DNA from: an uncultured bacterium
GTDB taxonomy: Bacteria; Oederibacteriota; JAAXVQ01; JAUVAV01
Length of the DNA: 64,000 nt
Assembly: GCA_963710755.1 (NCBI GenBank)
Contig: CAVQBK010000013.1
Coordinates: 448,001-512,000 of the forward strand
Reading direction: 5' to 3'
Shown: positions 9,473 to 19,541 of the stretch, one piece after another
How positions within the stretch are numbered: the first letter of the stretch is position 1
Layout of the letters: each line of letters starts with the position of its first letter
Notes under the pieces: generated by a model
The model's input: only the letters and a program-made list of their open reading frames with translations
Database searches by the model: none
What the model was told of the DNA's origin: nothing
Translations under genes and position numbers: made by a program

Positions 9473-10351
9473 TTATTCAATGTCATCCCTGGGACCGGCG
9501 GTTTGAGTCACCACCACAAAGGGATAACGTGCAGCTAGAGTTTTTTGGACCCGGCGGGCCACCTGACGTGATGGCAGCAAGCCGAAAACAGTGGCCCCGC
9601 TGCCGGTCATCATGGCGGCGGTGGCGCCCAGCGCCAATAATTCAGACTTTATTTTTCCAATGACAGGCTGCTCCCCTGCCGTGACCTGTTCCAGATGATT
9701 AAAAAGATTTTTCCCTATTTTCAAAGCATTTTTCTCAACAAGCGCTTGGCGCATCATATTAATACAGGCCTTTTTAGTTGTCAATGTTAAATTGAATTTT
9801 TTATAAACCGCAGCTGTGGCCACCTTAACTCCGGGGTTGATGACAGCCATCAACAGGCCCGGCATCGCTGGCCAAATCCGCAGACGTTCCCCCCGGCCAG
9901 TCCCTAGCATACAGCCGCCGTTGAGAAAAAAAGGCACATCCGACCCCAGGCGTTTAGCCAGTTTAATAAGCAAAGGCTTGTTGTCAATCTTCCACAACCG
10001 GGCGCAGCCCAACAGGGCAGTGGCCGCATTGCTGCTGCCCCCCCCCATGCCCGCAGCCACCGGAATGTTTTTATAAATTCTGATCTTAACCCGCGGGTTC
10101 ACCCCTTTAGCTTGGGCCAGCTGGTTGACAGCGCGATAAACCAGGTTGGCCTCGCCTTCGGGCACTTCGGGATGGTCACAACACACTGTCAATCCCTGCC
10201 CTCCTGGTTGAAAGGTGAGACGGTCGGCGAGTTTCAAACTATGCATTACAGTTTTTAGTTCATGGTAACCGTCAGGACGCTTGCCTTTAATCTCGAGAAT
10301 TAAATTAACTTTGGCCGGCGATTCAAGGGAGAGAATGGGGCTCACCACCAA
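9473..10351 (-). CDS. ispE: 4-diphosphocytidyl-2-C-methyl-D-erythritol kinase
   Basis: PAKVNL, KNIPVAAGMGGGSSNAA, LGSDVPFF, MTGSG. Confidence 0.97.
   Translation of the reverse strand: MVVSPILSLESPAKVNLILEIKGKRPDGYHELKTVMHSLKLADRLTFQPGGQGLTVCCDHPEVPEGEANLVYRAVNQLAQAKGVNPRVKIRIYKNIPVAAGMGGGSSNAATALLGCARLWKIDNKPLLIKLAKRLGSDVPFFLNGGCMLGTGRGERLRIWPAMPGLLMAVINPGVKVATAAVYKKFNLTLTTKKACINMMRQALVEKNALKIGKNLFNHLEQVTAGEQPVIGKIKSELLALGATAAMMTGSGATVFGLLPSRQVARRVQKTLAARYPFVVVTQTAGPRDDIE
9756..9784 (-). promoter_or_regulatory. Putative sigma70 promoter inside ispE, facing spoVG/tRNA-Gln
   Basis: TTGACA-N17-TAATAT in an AT-rich patch of ispE. Confidence 0.55.
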
Positions 10352-12062
10352 GGCCTCCCAGGGATGGAATGGATTTTAATTTTTGTTTGAGCTGCTCATT
10401 GTCCGGATCCTGAGCCAGAGACTTTGTCCATTCCTCCCGGGCTTCCGGATACCTCTTCAATTTAAAGTAAATATCGCCCAAATGCTCCAGAATCTCAGCA
10501 TCCACAGGCAATTCCTTAATGACCAACACCTGACGGGCATGAAGAATGGTTTTTAATGCCAGCTCATAATGATGGCTCTGAAAATAGGCCCATCCCAGAG
10601 AATCCAGATAATAACCATTTTCCGGTTCCAGCGAAAGCGCCCGCTTAAGCCAGATAATGGCCTGATCCAAATATATACCCCGTTCCGCGTAGGAATAACC
10701 CAAATAATTATAGGCTTCTGCATACCGGTCGTCTGCCCGGATACACTTTTTCCAGTAATGGGCGGCCCGGTCATAATCCTTGTTCAGATAATAAATCCTG
10801 CCCAAATGAAATAAAATGTCAGGGTTTTTATTATCCAGAGCAAGGGCTTGGGTCATCTGTTTGAGGGCGTAAGCATAATTTTTGTTTTTAGCCAGCAGTA
10901 ATCCGTATTGCAGGAAAAGAGTCGGATCGTCTTTAAATTTAACGGTGGCAATTCCCAGCAAAGCCAGAGCTTTGCTGGTATCGCCCAAGTGGTCCAAAAG
11001 TCCGGCCAGGGTGCCGTAGGCTTCCTTCAACCCGCTGTTGAGCTTGATACTCAGTTCCATTTCATGTTCCGCCAGAAAGTAAAGTTTTTTCTTGGCATAA
11101 ATGGAGCCCAAAAAATAATGGGAGAGCGCATCCTCTGGATCAGCCTGGGACAATTCAAAAAAGAGCTTTTGGGCCTCTTCGTACCGCCCGGCTTCGTAAT
11201 AAGCCAAACCCAGATTTTTTTTAATCACTTCATTATCCGGTTCCTGCGCCAGGTATTTTTGCAAATACGGAATGGCCGTCCCCCAGGACCCTGCCTGCAG
11301 GTAATACTGGGCCAAAAACTGATAGGCCGGAGGATAATCAGGATAAAGGCGCACAATCTTCTCATACAGTATCTTGGCCTTTTCCGGATTTTGATGTTCC
11401 TGATAAAGACGGGCTAAATAGGCCAGCCATTCAAAGTTGTTTTCATCGGTTTTCAAACCCGCTTCCAACAGTACGGCAGCTTTGGCCCATTGGTCGTGAA
11501 TTAAAAAATAACTCATCAAAGCCAGCCGGGCATCACGATCTTCGGGATTAATGTGAAGGGCTTCATGGAGATAGAAAAGACCTTCTTTATTTTTTTCCTG
11601 TTTGAGCAGCAACACACCGAGACGTGTATAGGGCCCTGAAAGTTTATGCCCCATTTTGACGGCGTCGCGATAAATTTTCTCCGCCATTTTGATATTGCCA
11701 CTGGCTTCATGCAATTGGCCCCAAATATATTTCATACCCTGATCTTCTGGCGAGTGCTTGAGCAACTTTTGGTATTCTGCGGCAGCTTGGTCGAACTGGG
11801 ATAAGCGGATATAATCCTGAACCAGGCTTTTCCTCACCTGATTGGCCTCGGGGTCGAGTTTTAGAACCTGGCGGTAATAAGTCACCGCCCGCTCATAGTC
11901 TTCTTTTTTTTCGGCTAATTGACCGGCAAAAAACGCCAGCCGGGCTTGATCCCGGACACTTAAAGGCTCAGGGGTAGGTTGTGGTTTAAGAGAAGGTTGG
12001 GCACATCCTGCCAGGATCAACAATCCCAGCAGCCATACCCACAAATAGGTAAACCGCTGCAT
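10323..12062 (-). CDS. Multi-TPR lipoprotein
   Basis: Lipobox LAGC, many TPRs, AYNYLGYSYAE and YLDSLGWAYF motifs typical of the TPR gene upstream of ispE. Confidence 0.88.
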   Translation of the reverse strand: MQRFTYLWVWLLGLLILAGCAQPSLKPQPTPEPLSVRDQARLAFFAGQLAEKKEDYERAVTYYRQVLKLDPEANQVRKSLVQDYIRLSQFDQAAAEYQKLLKHSPEDQGMKYIWGQLHEASGNIKMAEKIYRDAVKMGHKLSGPYTRLGVLLLKQEKNKEGLFYLHEALHINPEDRDARLALMSYFLIHDQWAKAAVLLEAGLKTDENNFEWLAYLARLYQEHQNPEKAKILYEKIVRLYPDYPPAYQFLAQYYLQAGSWGTAIPYLQKYLAQEPDNEVIKKNLGLAYYEAGRYEEAQKLFFELSQADPEDALSHYFLGSIYAKKKLYFLAEHEMELSIKLNSGLKEAYGTLAGLLDHLGDTSKALALLGIATVKFKDDPTLFLQYGLLLAKNKNYAYALKQMTQALALDNKNPDILFHLGRIYYLNKDYDRAAHYWKKCIRADDRYAEAYNYLGYSYAERGIYLDQAIIWLKRALSLEPENGYYLDSLGWAYFQSHHYELALKTILHARQVLVIKELPVDAEILEHLGDIYFKLKRYPEAREEWTKSLAQDPDNEQLKQKLKSIPSLGGLGGEPHSLP

Positions 12063-12506
12063 TTAGGAGGTGCCGACCAGTCTTTTATTGGTGTCGCGTA
12101 ACCGGCCGCTTAGGATTTTTAAAAAAGACATGAGGATTTTATTACCGCATTCAGGGTTACGGCGAATCATGTCGTTAAACCCCGACTTGGTGATCACCAA
12201 TAAAACCGTATCCTTGGTAATTCGGGCGGAAGCAGAACGGGGTTCCTCATCAATAAGGGACATCTCGCCCACAAAACTGCCTGCCCCCAATTTTGCAAAA
12301 ATAATATCTTCCGGCATCTGGCGCTTAAAGATTTCAATTTCCCCGTTTTTGACCAAATACATCACCCCGCCGCTCATGCCTTCATAGAACAAGGTCATGC
12401 CCTTGCGCATGGTTTTTTCAAACATGAAATTTTTAATCTTGCTTAGTTCCTCGTCATTCAGATCACTGAAGACGCTGATTTTTTTCAGATCCTGGATGTC
12501 AACCAT
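12063..12506 (-). CDS. Stand-alone cyclic-nucleotide-binding domain protein
   Basis: GEMSLIDEEPRSASA phosphate-binding cassette; no HTH. Confidence 0.9.
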   Translation of the reverse strand: MVDIQDLKKISVFSDLNDEELSKIKNFMFEKTMRKGMTLFYEGMSGGVMYLVKNGEIEIFKRQMPEDIIFAKLGAGSFVGEMSLIDEEPRSASARITKDTVLLVITKSGFNDMIRRNPECGNKILMSFLKILSGRLRDTNKRLVGTS

Positions 12507-12675
12507 ACGCTCACCTTTAACAAACGTAAATAAAAGCCCGCTTAGCGGTTTGGATAATGTTCCATCTTTTGTAACGAACGGAACTGCCTTAAGTCGCCCT
12601 TGCGAATACGCCGCAATCCATCATCCGTTATTTTACTTAAGTTTACCCAGGTTTGACGGATAAATCCATTTTTTT

Positions 12676-13614
12676 TTACTCCAATCCCGCGGCATTTAAA
12701 AACGCTTGAAAGTCCGAAGGCAGTGGGGCTGTAAATTCCATCTTGGTTTGACTCCGGGGATGATTAAAGCTCAGCGTGTGGGCATGCAGCAGTTGGTGGT
12801 CCGGCCGGGGCACGCCCCATCGGGCCAGAGCCGCCTGTTCCCCCCGTTTACCGTAGAGCCGGTCCCCCAGCAGAGGGTGCCTCAGATAATGGCAATGAAC
12901 GCGGATTTGATGGGTTCGGCCAGTCTCCAGACGGCATTCGATCCAACTACACCAGGTGGTTTGCTTAAGTATAGTTATATTGGTGGTGGCGGTTTTGCCG
13001 CCATGGTTGACCACCGTAAATTTTTTACGATGTTTGGGATCACGGCCAATATTGGCGGTAATGGTCACCGCAGATTGCGGCCAACTGCCCCAGGCCACGG
13101 CCTGATAGAGCCGGCTGATGCGCCGTTCCTGCAGTGCCGCAGCCAGCTGATGATGAGCCCAATCATGTTTGGCCACTAGCAATAAGCCGGAGGTATCCTT
13201 GTCTAAACGGTGAATGAGACCGGGCCGTTCTTCACCGCCTATGCCGGAGAGCCGGTCGAGGTGATACAACAGAGCATTGACCAAGGTACCGTCCGCATGC
13301 CCGGCCGCAGGATGGGTTACCAACCCCACCGGCTTAACCACCACCGCCAAGTCCTGGTCCTGGTAAAGCACTTCCAGGGGAAGCGGTTGGGCTACAGTCT
13401 GGGCAGCCTGCAAATCAGTAGGAGCATAGGTAATGCGTTCTCCGGCCTTGAGTACCAAGCCCGGTTTGGCGGACCTGTTATCCAGCCAAACCCGTTGGTT
13501 CTTGATGGCCTGGGCAGCGCCGGATCTGGATAAAGCCTCAAGCTTGCTTCCTAAAAAGACATCGAGCCGCAGGCCCTGCTCTTCCGGTGTGACCACCCAG
13601 GTTATGGGCTCCAT
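12676..13614 (-). CDS. rluD: RluA/RluD family pseudouridine synthase
   Basis: S4 domain, HRLDKDTSG, GRTHQIRVH. Confidence 0.92.
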   Translation of the reverse strand: MEPITWVVTPEEQGLRLDVFLGSKLEALSRSGAAQAIKNQRVWLDNRSAKPGLVLKAGERITYAPTDLQAAQTVAQPLPLEVLYQDQDLAVVVKPVGLVTHPAAGHADGTLVNALLYHLDRLSGIGGEERPGLIHRLDKDTSGLLLVAKHDWAHHQLAAALQERRISRLYQAVAWGSWPQSAVTITANIGRDPKHRKKFTVVNHGGKTATTNITILKQTTWCSWIECRLETGRTHQIRVHCHYLRHPLLGDRLYGKRGEQAALARWGVPRPDHQLLHAHTLSFNHPRSQTKMEFTAPLPSDFQAFLNAAGLE

Positions 13615-15719
13615 AATTTAAGCTCCCCATCGGGAAAATAGTGATTCAAGATAGCGAGATAATCAAAGCCCTGGTTGCCCATGGCCCCGGCCCCGGCCTG
13701 GCATAAGCCCACGCCATGACCCCAGCCGCCGCCCCATATCAACCAGGCCTCGGCCGCCTTTTGTTGGGGCGAAATCCGCAAAGGTAACAGTTCAAATAAA
13801 TTACTGCGCAATCCGCCTAAAGCGGAGCGAATATAATCCCGGTAAACTTGATGCGTGCCTTTGTCTCCAATAAGTTCAATATGTCTGACATAGCCGCTGG
13901 GACTTCGCTCCCGGATGCGAATGGCTTTCAGCGTGCCGATGTGGTACTTTCTGTCGATTACCTCTGAGAGCTCATCCTGTTCCATAATTTTAATCCAGCG
14001 GAAGCTGTGTTTGCCGGAAAAATGAGTGTCACTGCAAAAAACAGATGGTGTTCCAGTCAACCATTCATCCAGCCGGGCCGGCGACAAGGGCAGGCTCGCC
14101 GCAGTGGGTGTGGCTGGATTCACATCGGCAATACCTTGAGGATTATAGGGATCGGAACCTTTTTTCCACCATGCTTCCTTATAGCCTTGGGTTAAGCCAC
14201 CGCAGGCATGGGAATAAAAAGTTGGCAAGAGCCGGCCATTTTTTTCCAAAACTTCGCCCTGAGTGGAGGCCACGGCTTCATGGCTGGCAGAATGTTCCAC
14301 AGTAACACCGCGATAAACGGCGCAGTGAGTGGTGGCACAAACATCATAACCATCCTTGCGGTGATTGTTGCGCCGGTTAAGCGTATCCGTGCGTGCCACC
14401 ACCGCTTGGGTCTTCAAGGCTTCCAAAGGCCAGCTGGCCGGCATTTCCCCGGGCACCACGCTGAGCAGATAGTCTTCCAACAGTACTTCATTAACCAGTT
14501 TCAAAGTCTTGCGGGAAGGACTAATCGTCAGGCGGCCGCGATAATAACTGGTGCTCTTGGTGCCACCGCTCCAAAAATAGCCGGCATTAAGATAGTGCTT
14601 GAATACCACCAGCACTTTTTCCGGGTTCAAGGGTTTTAGGGTAATCGATTGATTTATCCTTTTCAGGGGTTTGCCATCCCAGGTCATGAGCATCCACCCT
14701 TTACCGGGCACTTGATTAATCCGGTAGCCTTGGCGGGCTCTGCCCTTCCAGAAATTGCGGCCCTTGCGGTCCAAAGCCCGCCAGGGACCAAGACATCCAA
14801 ACCACAGCGAAGGCAAGGCTTTGCCCAATCCCACTTTAATCACCGGGTCATCTTTTTGACCCAGCGGCTGGATGGTTATATCCTTAAAAACAGGCGGCGG
14901 CAAGGATGATGCCACCAGTCTGGGCCCGGGCGTGGGTGAAATGGTGGGGGTAGGCACCAGTTCGGCAAGCCGCTCTTGGGCGGACTTCACTTCCTGCGAT
15001 AGCCCGATAATGGATCTTACCCTGCGCCAATACCTGCGCGCTTGAATCCAGGCATTCTCTTTTTCTGCAAGCATAGCCAGATCGCGATATACCGGCCACA
15101 GGCTGGCATCGTCTTTGACGGCGCTGTGATATTCTTCCTTGGCCCGCTTGATAAAATAGGCCCCCTCGGTTAGGGAACTTTGGGCCAAGCCCTGAAAAGT
15201 GCGTCCCAACAGCAGATGAGCAGTGGCCAGTCGGGAATACTCCCGCAACGCCTGCCAGAGCCAATTCACAGCCTGATGGTAATCCTTGGTCTTGGTGGCA
15301 ATCCACCCCAACAGCAGGCGTTCGTGAAAATGATCGCCCGGGGTGGACAAAACTTTTTTAAATTCTTCCGCTGCGCGCGCAAGTTCGCCATTAGCCAGGT
15401 AGGCTTGCCCCATAAGAACCCCTTGATCTTGGGCATGTTGTAATAACTGGAGTGCTTTTTCAAGGTGATGGTCCGCCATCAATACCAGAGCCTGATCCTT
15501 AAGCAGCTCCTTGTCCTCAGGAGCATGGGCCAAAAGACGGTCGTACTCCTTGGCCGCCTTTTCATAATTCCCTTGGTAATAAGAAACTTTGGCTTGAAGG
15601 CGGTCTCCCGCCGGTTTTTGCCCTGCTGCCAGGGTCAGGGTGCATAAGCTCACGGCCGCAGCCAAAAGGATGCCTATTTTGGTTAGCTTGGATCGGCCTT
15701 GGACAGGGATAGCCGTCAT
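13602..15719 (-). CDS. TPR + SpoIID/LytB-domain peptidoglycan lytic enzyme
   Basis: N-terminal TPRs; YLLSVVPGEMPASWPLEALKTQAVVART, CATTHCAVY, GGGWGHGVGLCQ. Confidence 0.9.
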   Translation of the reverse strand: MTAIPVQGRSKLTKIGILLAAAVSLCTLTLAAGQKPAGDRLQAKVSYYQGNYEKAAKEYDRLLAHAPEDKELLKDQALVLMADHHLEKALQLLQHAQDQGVLMGQAYLANGELARAAEEFKKVLSTPGDHFHERLLLGWIATKTKDYHQAVNWLWQALREYSRLATAHLLLGRTFQGLAQSSLTEGAYFIKRAKEEYHSAVKDDASLWPVYRDLAMLAEKENAWIQARRYWRRVRSIIGLSQEVKSAQERLAELVPTPTISPTPGPRLVASSLPPPVFKDITIQPLGQKDDPVIKVGLGKALPSLWFGCLGPWRALDRKGRNFWKGRARQGYRINQVPGKGWMLMTWDGKPLKRINQSITLKPLNPEKVLVVFKHYLNAGYFWSGGTKSTSYYRGRLTISPSRKTLKLVNEVLLEDYLLSVVPGEMPASWPLEALKTQAVVARTDTLNRRNNHRKDGYDVCATTHCAVYRGVTVEHSASHEAVASTQGEVLEKNGRLLPTFYSHACGGLTQGYKEAWWKKGSDPYNPQGIADVNPATPTAASLPLSPARLDEWLTGTPSVFCSDTHFSGKHSFRWIKIMEQDELSEVIDRKYHIGTLKAIRIRERSPSGYVRHIELIGDKGTHQVYRDYIRSALGGLRSNLFELLPLRISPQQKAAEAWLIWGGGWGHGVGLCQAGAGAMGNQGFDYLAILNHYFPDGELKLWSP

Positions 15720-16288
15720 GATGATGACGGGACTTGGGGGACCGACGACGAAGGGGTCAGAAAGCTGAGCAGGATCAACCAGCCAACACCGATGACCACC
15801 GCGCTGTCGGCCACATTAAAGATGGGGAAATGGAATGAACGGTAGCTGAATTCAATGAAATCAATAACGGTACCTGCCTGTAAACGGTCGATCATGTTGC
15901 CCAGAGCACCGCCGGTGATCAAACCCAATGGGATCATCAGTCGCCAGCCTTTGGGTTGTTCCAGTAAAGCCATGATGCTCATAAGCAGCGAAGCCCCGAT
16001 GGCAATAATAATAAACAGGGTTAAGCGCCAGGGATAATTGTGGTGCGCCAAAAAGCTGAAAGCCGCGCCGGGGTTGCGGACATATGTCAACTTCAGAACA
16101 TTGCCCAGCACCGGCCAGCTTTCATACAAACTCATATGAGAGGTCACCAGAGCTTTGCTGATCCGGTCCAAGCCCAGGGCCACTGCAGCGACCAAGGTAT
16201 AGAGCCCGAAGGCCCAAGTCAGTTTGAGATGTTGAATTTGTTCCACCATATTCTGCCAATGCTGCTTATGCTGCCCCATGGTGATCAA
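15716..16288 (-). CDS. lspA: Lipoprotein signal peptidase
   Basis: NPGAAFS, GALGNMIDR, VIDFI, FNVADS. Confidence 0.96.
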   Translation of the reverse strand: MITMGQHKQHWQNMVEQIQHLKLTWAFGLYTLVAAVALGLDRISKALVTSHMSLYESWPVLGNVLKLTYVRNPGAAFSFLAHHNYPWRLTLFIIIAIGASLLMSIMALLEQPKGWRLMIPLGLITGGALGNMIDRLQAGTVIDFIEFSYRSFHFPIFNVADSAVVIGVGWLILLSFLTPSSSVPQVPSSS

Positions 16289-19098
16289 CTCCGCCCGGGC
16301 TGCGCTGAGTCGAGAGGCAGGCTGTTATTAACCACATCCGCACAGCGTGCGCATAGTTGAGGATGGTCCTCGCGTTGACCGACAGTGGCTAAAATCCTCC
16401 AACACCGTTCGCATTTTTTTCCCGTGGCCGGGGTGACCGTAATGGTCAGTTCCGGTCCGGTGGCACCGGCTTCCTCCAACTTCACTTCGGAGACTACCAA
16501 AAAAGTCGGCAGAAAGTCCTGATGCGCCGTCAGCAGTGCAGCCTTAGCACCCCGTGTCTTGATGGTAACCGCCGCTTCATAAGAATGGCGGATCTGTTTT
16601 TGCAGACGGGCGTCCTCCATCTGCTTCATCACTTCCGCGCGCAGATCAAAGAGGGCCTGCCATTGCTGCTCCAACTCGGTATCCTTCCAAGCCTCTGGGT
16701 TGTCCAGCCAGTTCAGAAGATGAACCGAAGGCTGGTCCTCTGTAGCCCGGACCAGGCTTTGTTGTCTCATTTCCTGCCAGGTTTCCTCGGCGGTGTGAAT
16801 GAGAATGGGGGTAATAGCTCTTAGCAGATAGTTTAAAATATGCCAGAGCACAGTTTGAGCCGATTGACGGGAAAAAGATTCCTGATCATCGGCATACAAC
16901 CGGTCTTTGCAGACATCAAAATAAAAAGCGGAAAGATCAGTGGCACAAAAATTCTGCAGTACTTGGAACAACTTATGAAACTCATAGCTCTCATAGGATG
17001 CTTGCATTTGCTCCACGAAGAGTGCCAGCCGATGTAACATATATTGGTCCATAGCCATCATCTGGTCCCGTGCCAAACTTTTAGTGGGATCAAACCCATG
17101 AAGGTTGCCCAATAAAAACCGCAGGCTGTTACGGATGCGGCGGTAGGAATCCACTGTTCTTTTAAAAATTTCATTGGAAGCGCGAATATCATTTTGAATG
17201 TTTTCCGAGGCCACCCACAGACGCAGAATATCCGCGCCGCCGTAACGGGCAATGGCTTCTGTGGAACTGATGAAGTTCCCCAGGGATTTGGACATTTTTT
17301 TGCCTTCCCCGTCCACAATATAGCCATGGGTTAGCACGGCCCGGTAAGGGGCCTGATCCAAGGAGGCCATAGCGGTTAAGAGTGATACCTGAAACCAACC
17401 GCGGTGCTGGTCAGATCCTTCCAGATAAAGATCAGCAGGAAAACGCAGGTCCGGCCGCTTGGCTACCACTGCCGTGTGGGAAGTGCTGGAATCGAACCAC
17501 ACATCCAAGATATCTGTTTCCTTGCGGAAAGCGGTGCCTTGGCAGTGGGCGCACACCGTGCCCGCCGGCAGAAGTTCTTCCACTGATTTCTCGAACCAGG
17601 CATCAGCGCTCTCTTTGGCCACGATGTCTTCAATGGCTTGGAACACACGCTCTGCCATCACCGGTTCGCCACAGGCCGTGCAATAAACAATAGGAACGGG
17701 TACACCCCAGGCCCGCTGCCGGGACAAGCACCAGTCCGGCCGGCCCTCCACCATGGCGGCAATGCGGTTGCGCGAAATTTCCGGAATCCAGCGAATATCC
17801 TGTTCAATGGCGGTCAGTAAACGCTGGCGGAAATTGTCCTTGTCCACATTCATAAACCACTGTTCCGTAGCTCTGAAAATAATCGGCGTGTGATGGCGCC
17901 AGCAATGGGGATAGCTATGCTTGAGTTTGGAACTGGCCATGAGGGCCTGCTTTTCCTCGAGCAGGCGGATAATGGGATCATTGGCGTCAAACACCAACTG
18001 ACCTTGCATAAGGGGAAATTGGGCGGTAAAGCGTCCATCAGGACCGACGGGATTAAAAACCTCCAGCCCAAACTGTTTGCCGGCCACAAAATCTTCCTGG
18101 CCGTGACCAGGCGCTGTATGTACACAGCCTGTACCATTATCTACGGTCACATGGGTGCCTGTAATCACAGGAACAACGCGGTCCAAAAAGGGATGCTGGC
18201 AGCACAAGCCCAGCAGGGATTGGCCTTTAACTTTGCCCAGGCGTTCAAAGGGTTTTCCCAGCATCTTCCAATTGGCATCGACCAAGGCATCCGCCAGAAT
18301 ATAATAGGCCCCTTCTGAGGCTACCAGGACATAGTCCAGGTCAGGATGAACAGCAATGGCTTCATTGGCCGGCAGGGTCCAGGGTGTAGTCGTCCAGATG
18401 GGAATATAGACCGGACCATCCGGTTTTTCCCCCAGGCCTTCCGGCCAGCCTTCCACAAGTTTAAAACGAACCGTGATGCTGGGACTGGTATGGTCGGCAT
18501 ACTCGACTTCTGCTTCAGCCAGGGCGCTTTGGCACTCCGGGCACCAATGTACCGGTTTCAGGCCACGATAAATAAATCCCCGGCCGGCTAATTGTCCGAA
18601 GAGATGAATAATGGCGGCCTGGTACGATTTGTCCATGGTCAGGTAGGGATGATCCCAATCCCCCAATACTCCCAACCGTTGAAATTGTGCTTTTTGATGG
18701 GCCACAAATTTTTCCGCATAACTGCGGCAGGCTTTACGTACCACCAAGCGGTCGGCGGACTTTTCCTCTGATAATTGTGCCACCACCTTGTGTTCAATGG
18801 GCATGCCGTGACAGTCCCAGCCCGGGACGTAAGGCGCGTCAAAGCCTTGCATGCTTTTAAATTTAATGATGATATCCTTGGAAATTTTATTGAAGGCCGT
18901 GCCCATATGCACGTCACCGTTGGCATAGGGAGGACCGTCGTGCAGCACGAATTTTGGTTTGCCGTCGGCCTGCTGGCGGATTAATTCATAAAGTCCCATC
19001 TGTTGCCATTGGGCTTGGATCTCCGGTTCCCTGGTCACCAGGGAAGCCTTCATGGGAAAAGCGGTCTGCGGTAAATTAATCGTCTTACTATAATCCAT
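16285..19098 (-). CDS. ileS: Isoleucyl-tRNA synthetase (type 1)
   Basis: LHDGPPYANG, GWDCHG, WTTTPWT, GSDQHRGWF, KMSKS, C-terminal KCERCW zinc finger. Confidence 0.98.
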   Translation of the reverse strand: MDYSKTINLPQTAFPMKASLVTREPEIQAQWQQMGLYELIRQQADGKPKFVLHDGPPYANGDVHMGTAFNKISKDIIIKFKSMQGFDAPYVPGWDCHGMPIEHKVVAQLSEEKSADRLVVRKACRSYAEKFVAHQKAQFQRLGVLGDWDHPYLTMDKSYQAAIIHLFGQLAGRGFIYRGLKPVHWCPECQSALAEAEVEYADHTSPSITVRFKLVEGWPEGLGEKPDGPVYIPIWTTTPWTLPANEAIAVHPDLDYVLVASEGAYYILADALVDANWKMLGKPFERLGKVKGQSLLGLCCQHPFLDRVVPVITGTHVTVDNGTGCVHTAPGHGQEDFVAGKQFGLEVFNPVGPDGRFTAQFPLMQGQLVFDANDPIIRLLEEKQALMASSKLKHSYPHCWRHHTPIIFRATEQWFMNVDKDNFRQRLLTAIEQDIRWIPEISRNRIAAMVEGRPDWCLSRQRAWGVPVPIVYCTACGEPVMAERVFQAIEDIVAKESADAWFEKSVEELLPAGTVCAHCQGTAFRKETDILDVWFDSSTSHTAVVAKRPDLRFPADLYLEGSDQHRGWFQVSLLTAMASLDQAPYRAVLTHGYIVDGEGKKMSKSLGNFISSTEAIARYGGADILRLWVASENIQNDIRASNEIFKRTVDSYRRIRNSLRFLLGNLHGFDPTKSLARDQMMAMDQYMLHRLALFVEQMQASYESYEFHKLFQVLQNFCATDLSAFYFDVCKDRLYADDQESFSRQSAQTVLWHILNYLLRAITPILIHTAEETWQEMRQQSLVRATEDQPSVHLLNWLDNPEAWKDTELEQQWQALFDLRAEVMKQMEDARLQKQIRHSYEAAVTIKTRGAKAALLTAHQDFLPTFLVVSEVKLEEAGATGPELTITVTPATGKKCERCWRILATVGQREDHPQLCARCADVVNNSLPLDSAQPGRS

Positions 19099-19239
19099 TG
19101 GGCAACTCCATCATTCTGAAAAATGTTGTGATGTTTGGTGGCTGAGACGGGTGGCTGCATAAACTAGAGGTTTTTCGCCGGACTGGTTCAGCCCGCCGGG
19201 GAGGCTTGCCAGCCCTGCTCTCAATTAATTTTTGCGGCT

Positions 19240-19269
19240 ATCATAGCATCCCCTTGATTCTCGTGTCAA
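19240..19269 (-). promoter_or_regulatory. Putative sigma70 promoter of the ileS operon
   Basis: TTGACA-N18-TATGAT with an extended -10 TG. Confidence 0.6.
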
Positions 19270-19541
19270 TGCGCTTAGCCGGCAGGTGACGAACCGGCAG
19301 GATCTTACCTAAGCAGGTAAAAAGAAATTAAAATTATTCGCGGCCAAGGATACTGCATTCATCAAAAAGCTGGAAAACTGTTGAGGCGACCATGAATTGC
19401 GTGATTGCGCCACCCCCGAGGTTGGTCCGGTTTGTTTTAGCATGGAGAAACCATCGTATCAGGACTTTGGAGCCAATCTTTTTAGATTAACTTATATCCG
19501 CCCTAGCCCACTTCCCACAACCATTTTATTTATTTCTGTGG

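Noticed and set aside
9136-15719. Sporulation locus (spoVG, spoIID; SpoIIE-type phosphatase elsewhere)
   Set aside because: These families are widespread in non-sporulating bacteria, and their context here is housekeeping.
19099-19540. T-box riboswitch upstream of ileS
   Set aside because: No GGTGGNACCGCG T-box motif, and the predicted leader is only about 135 nt.
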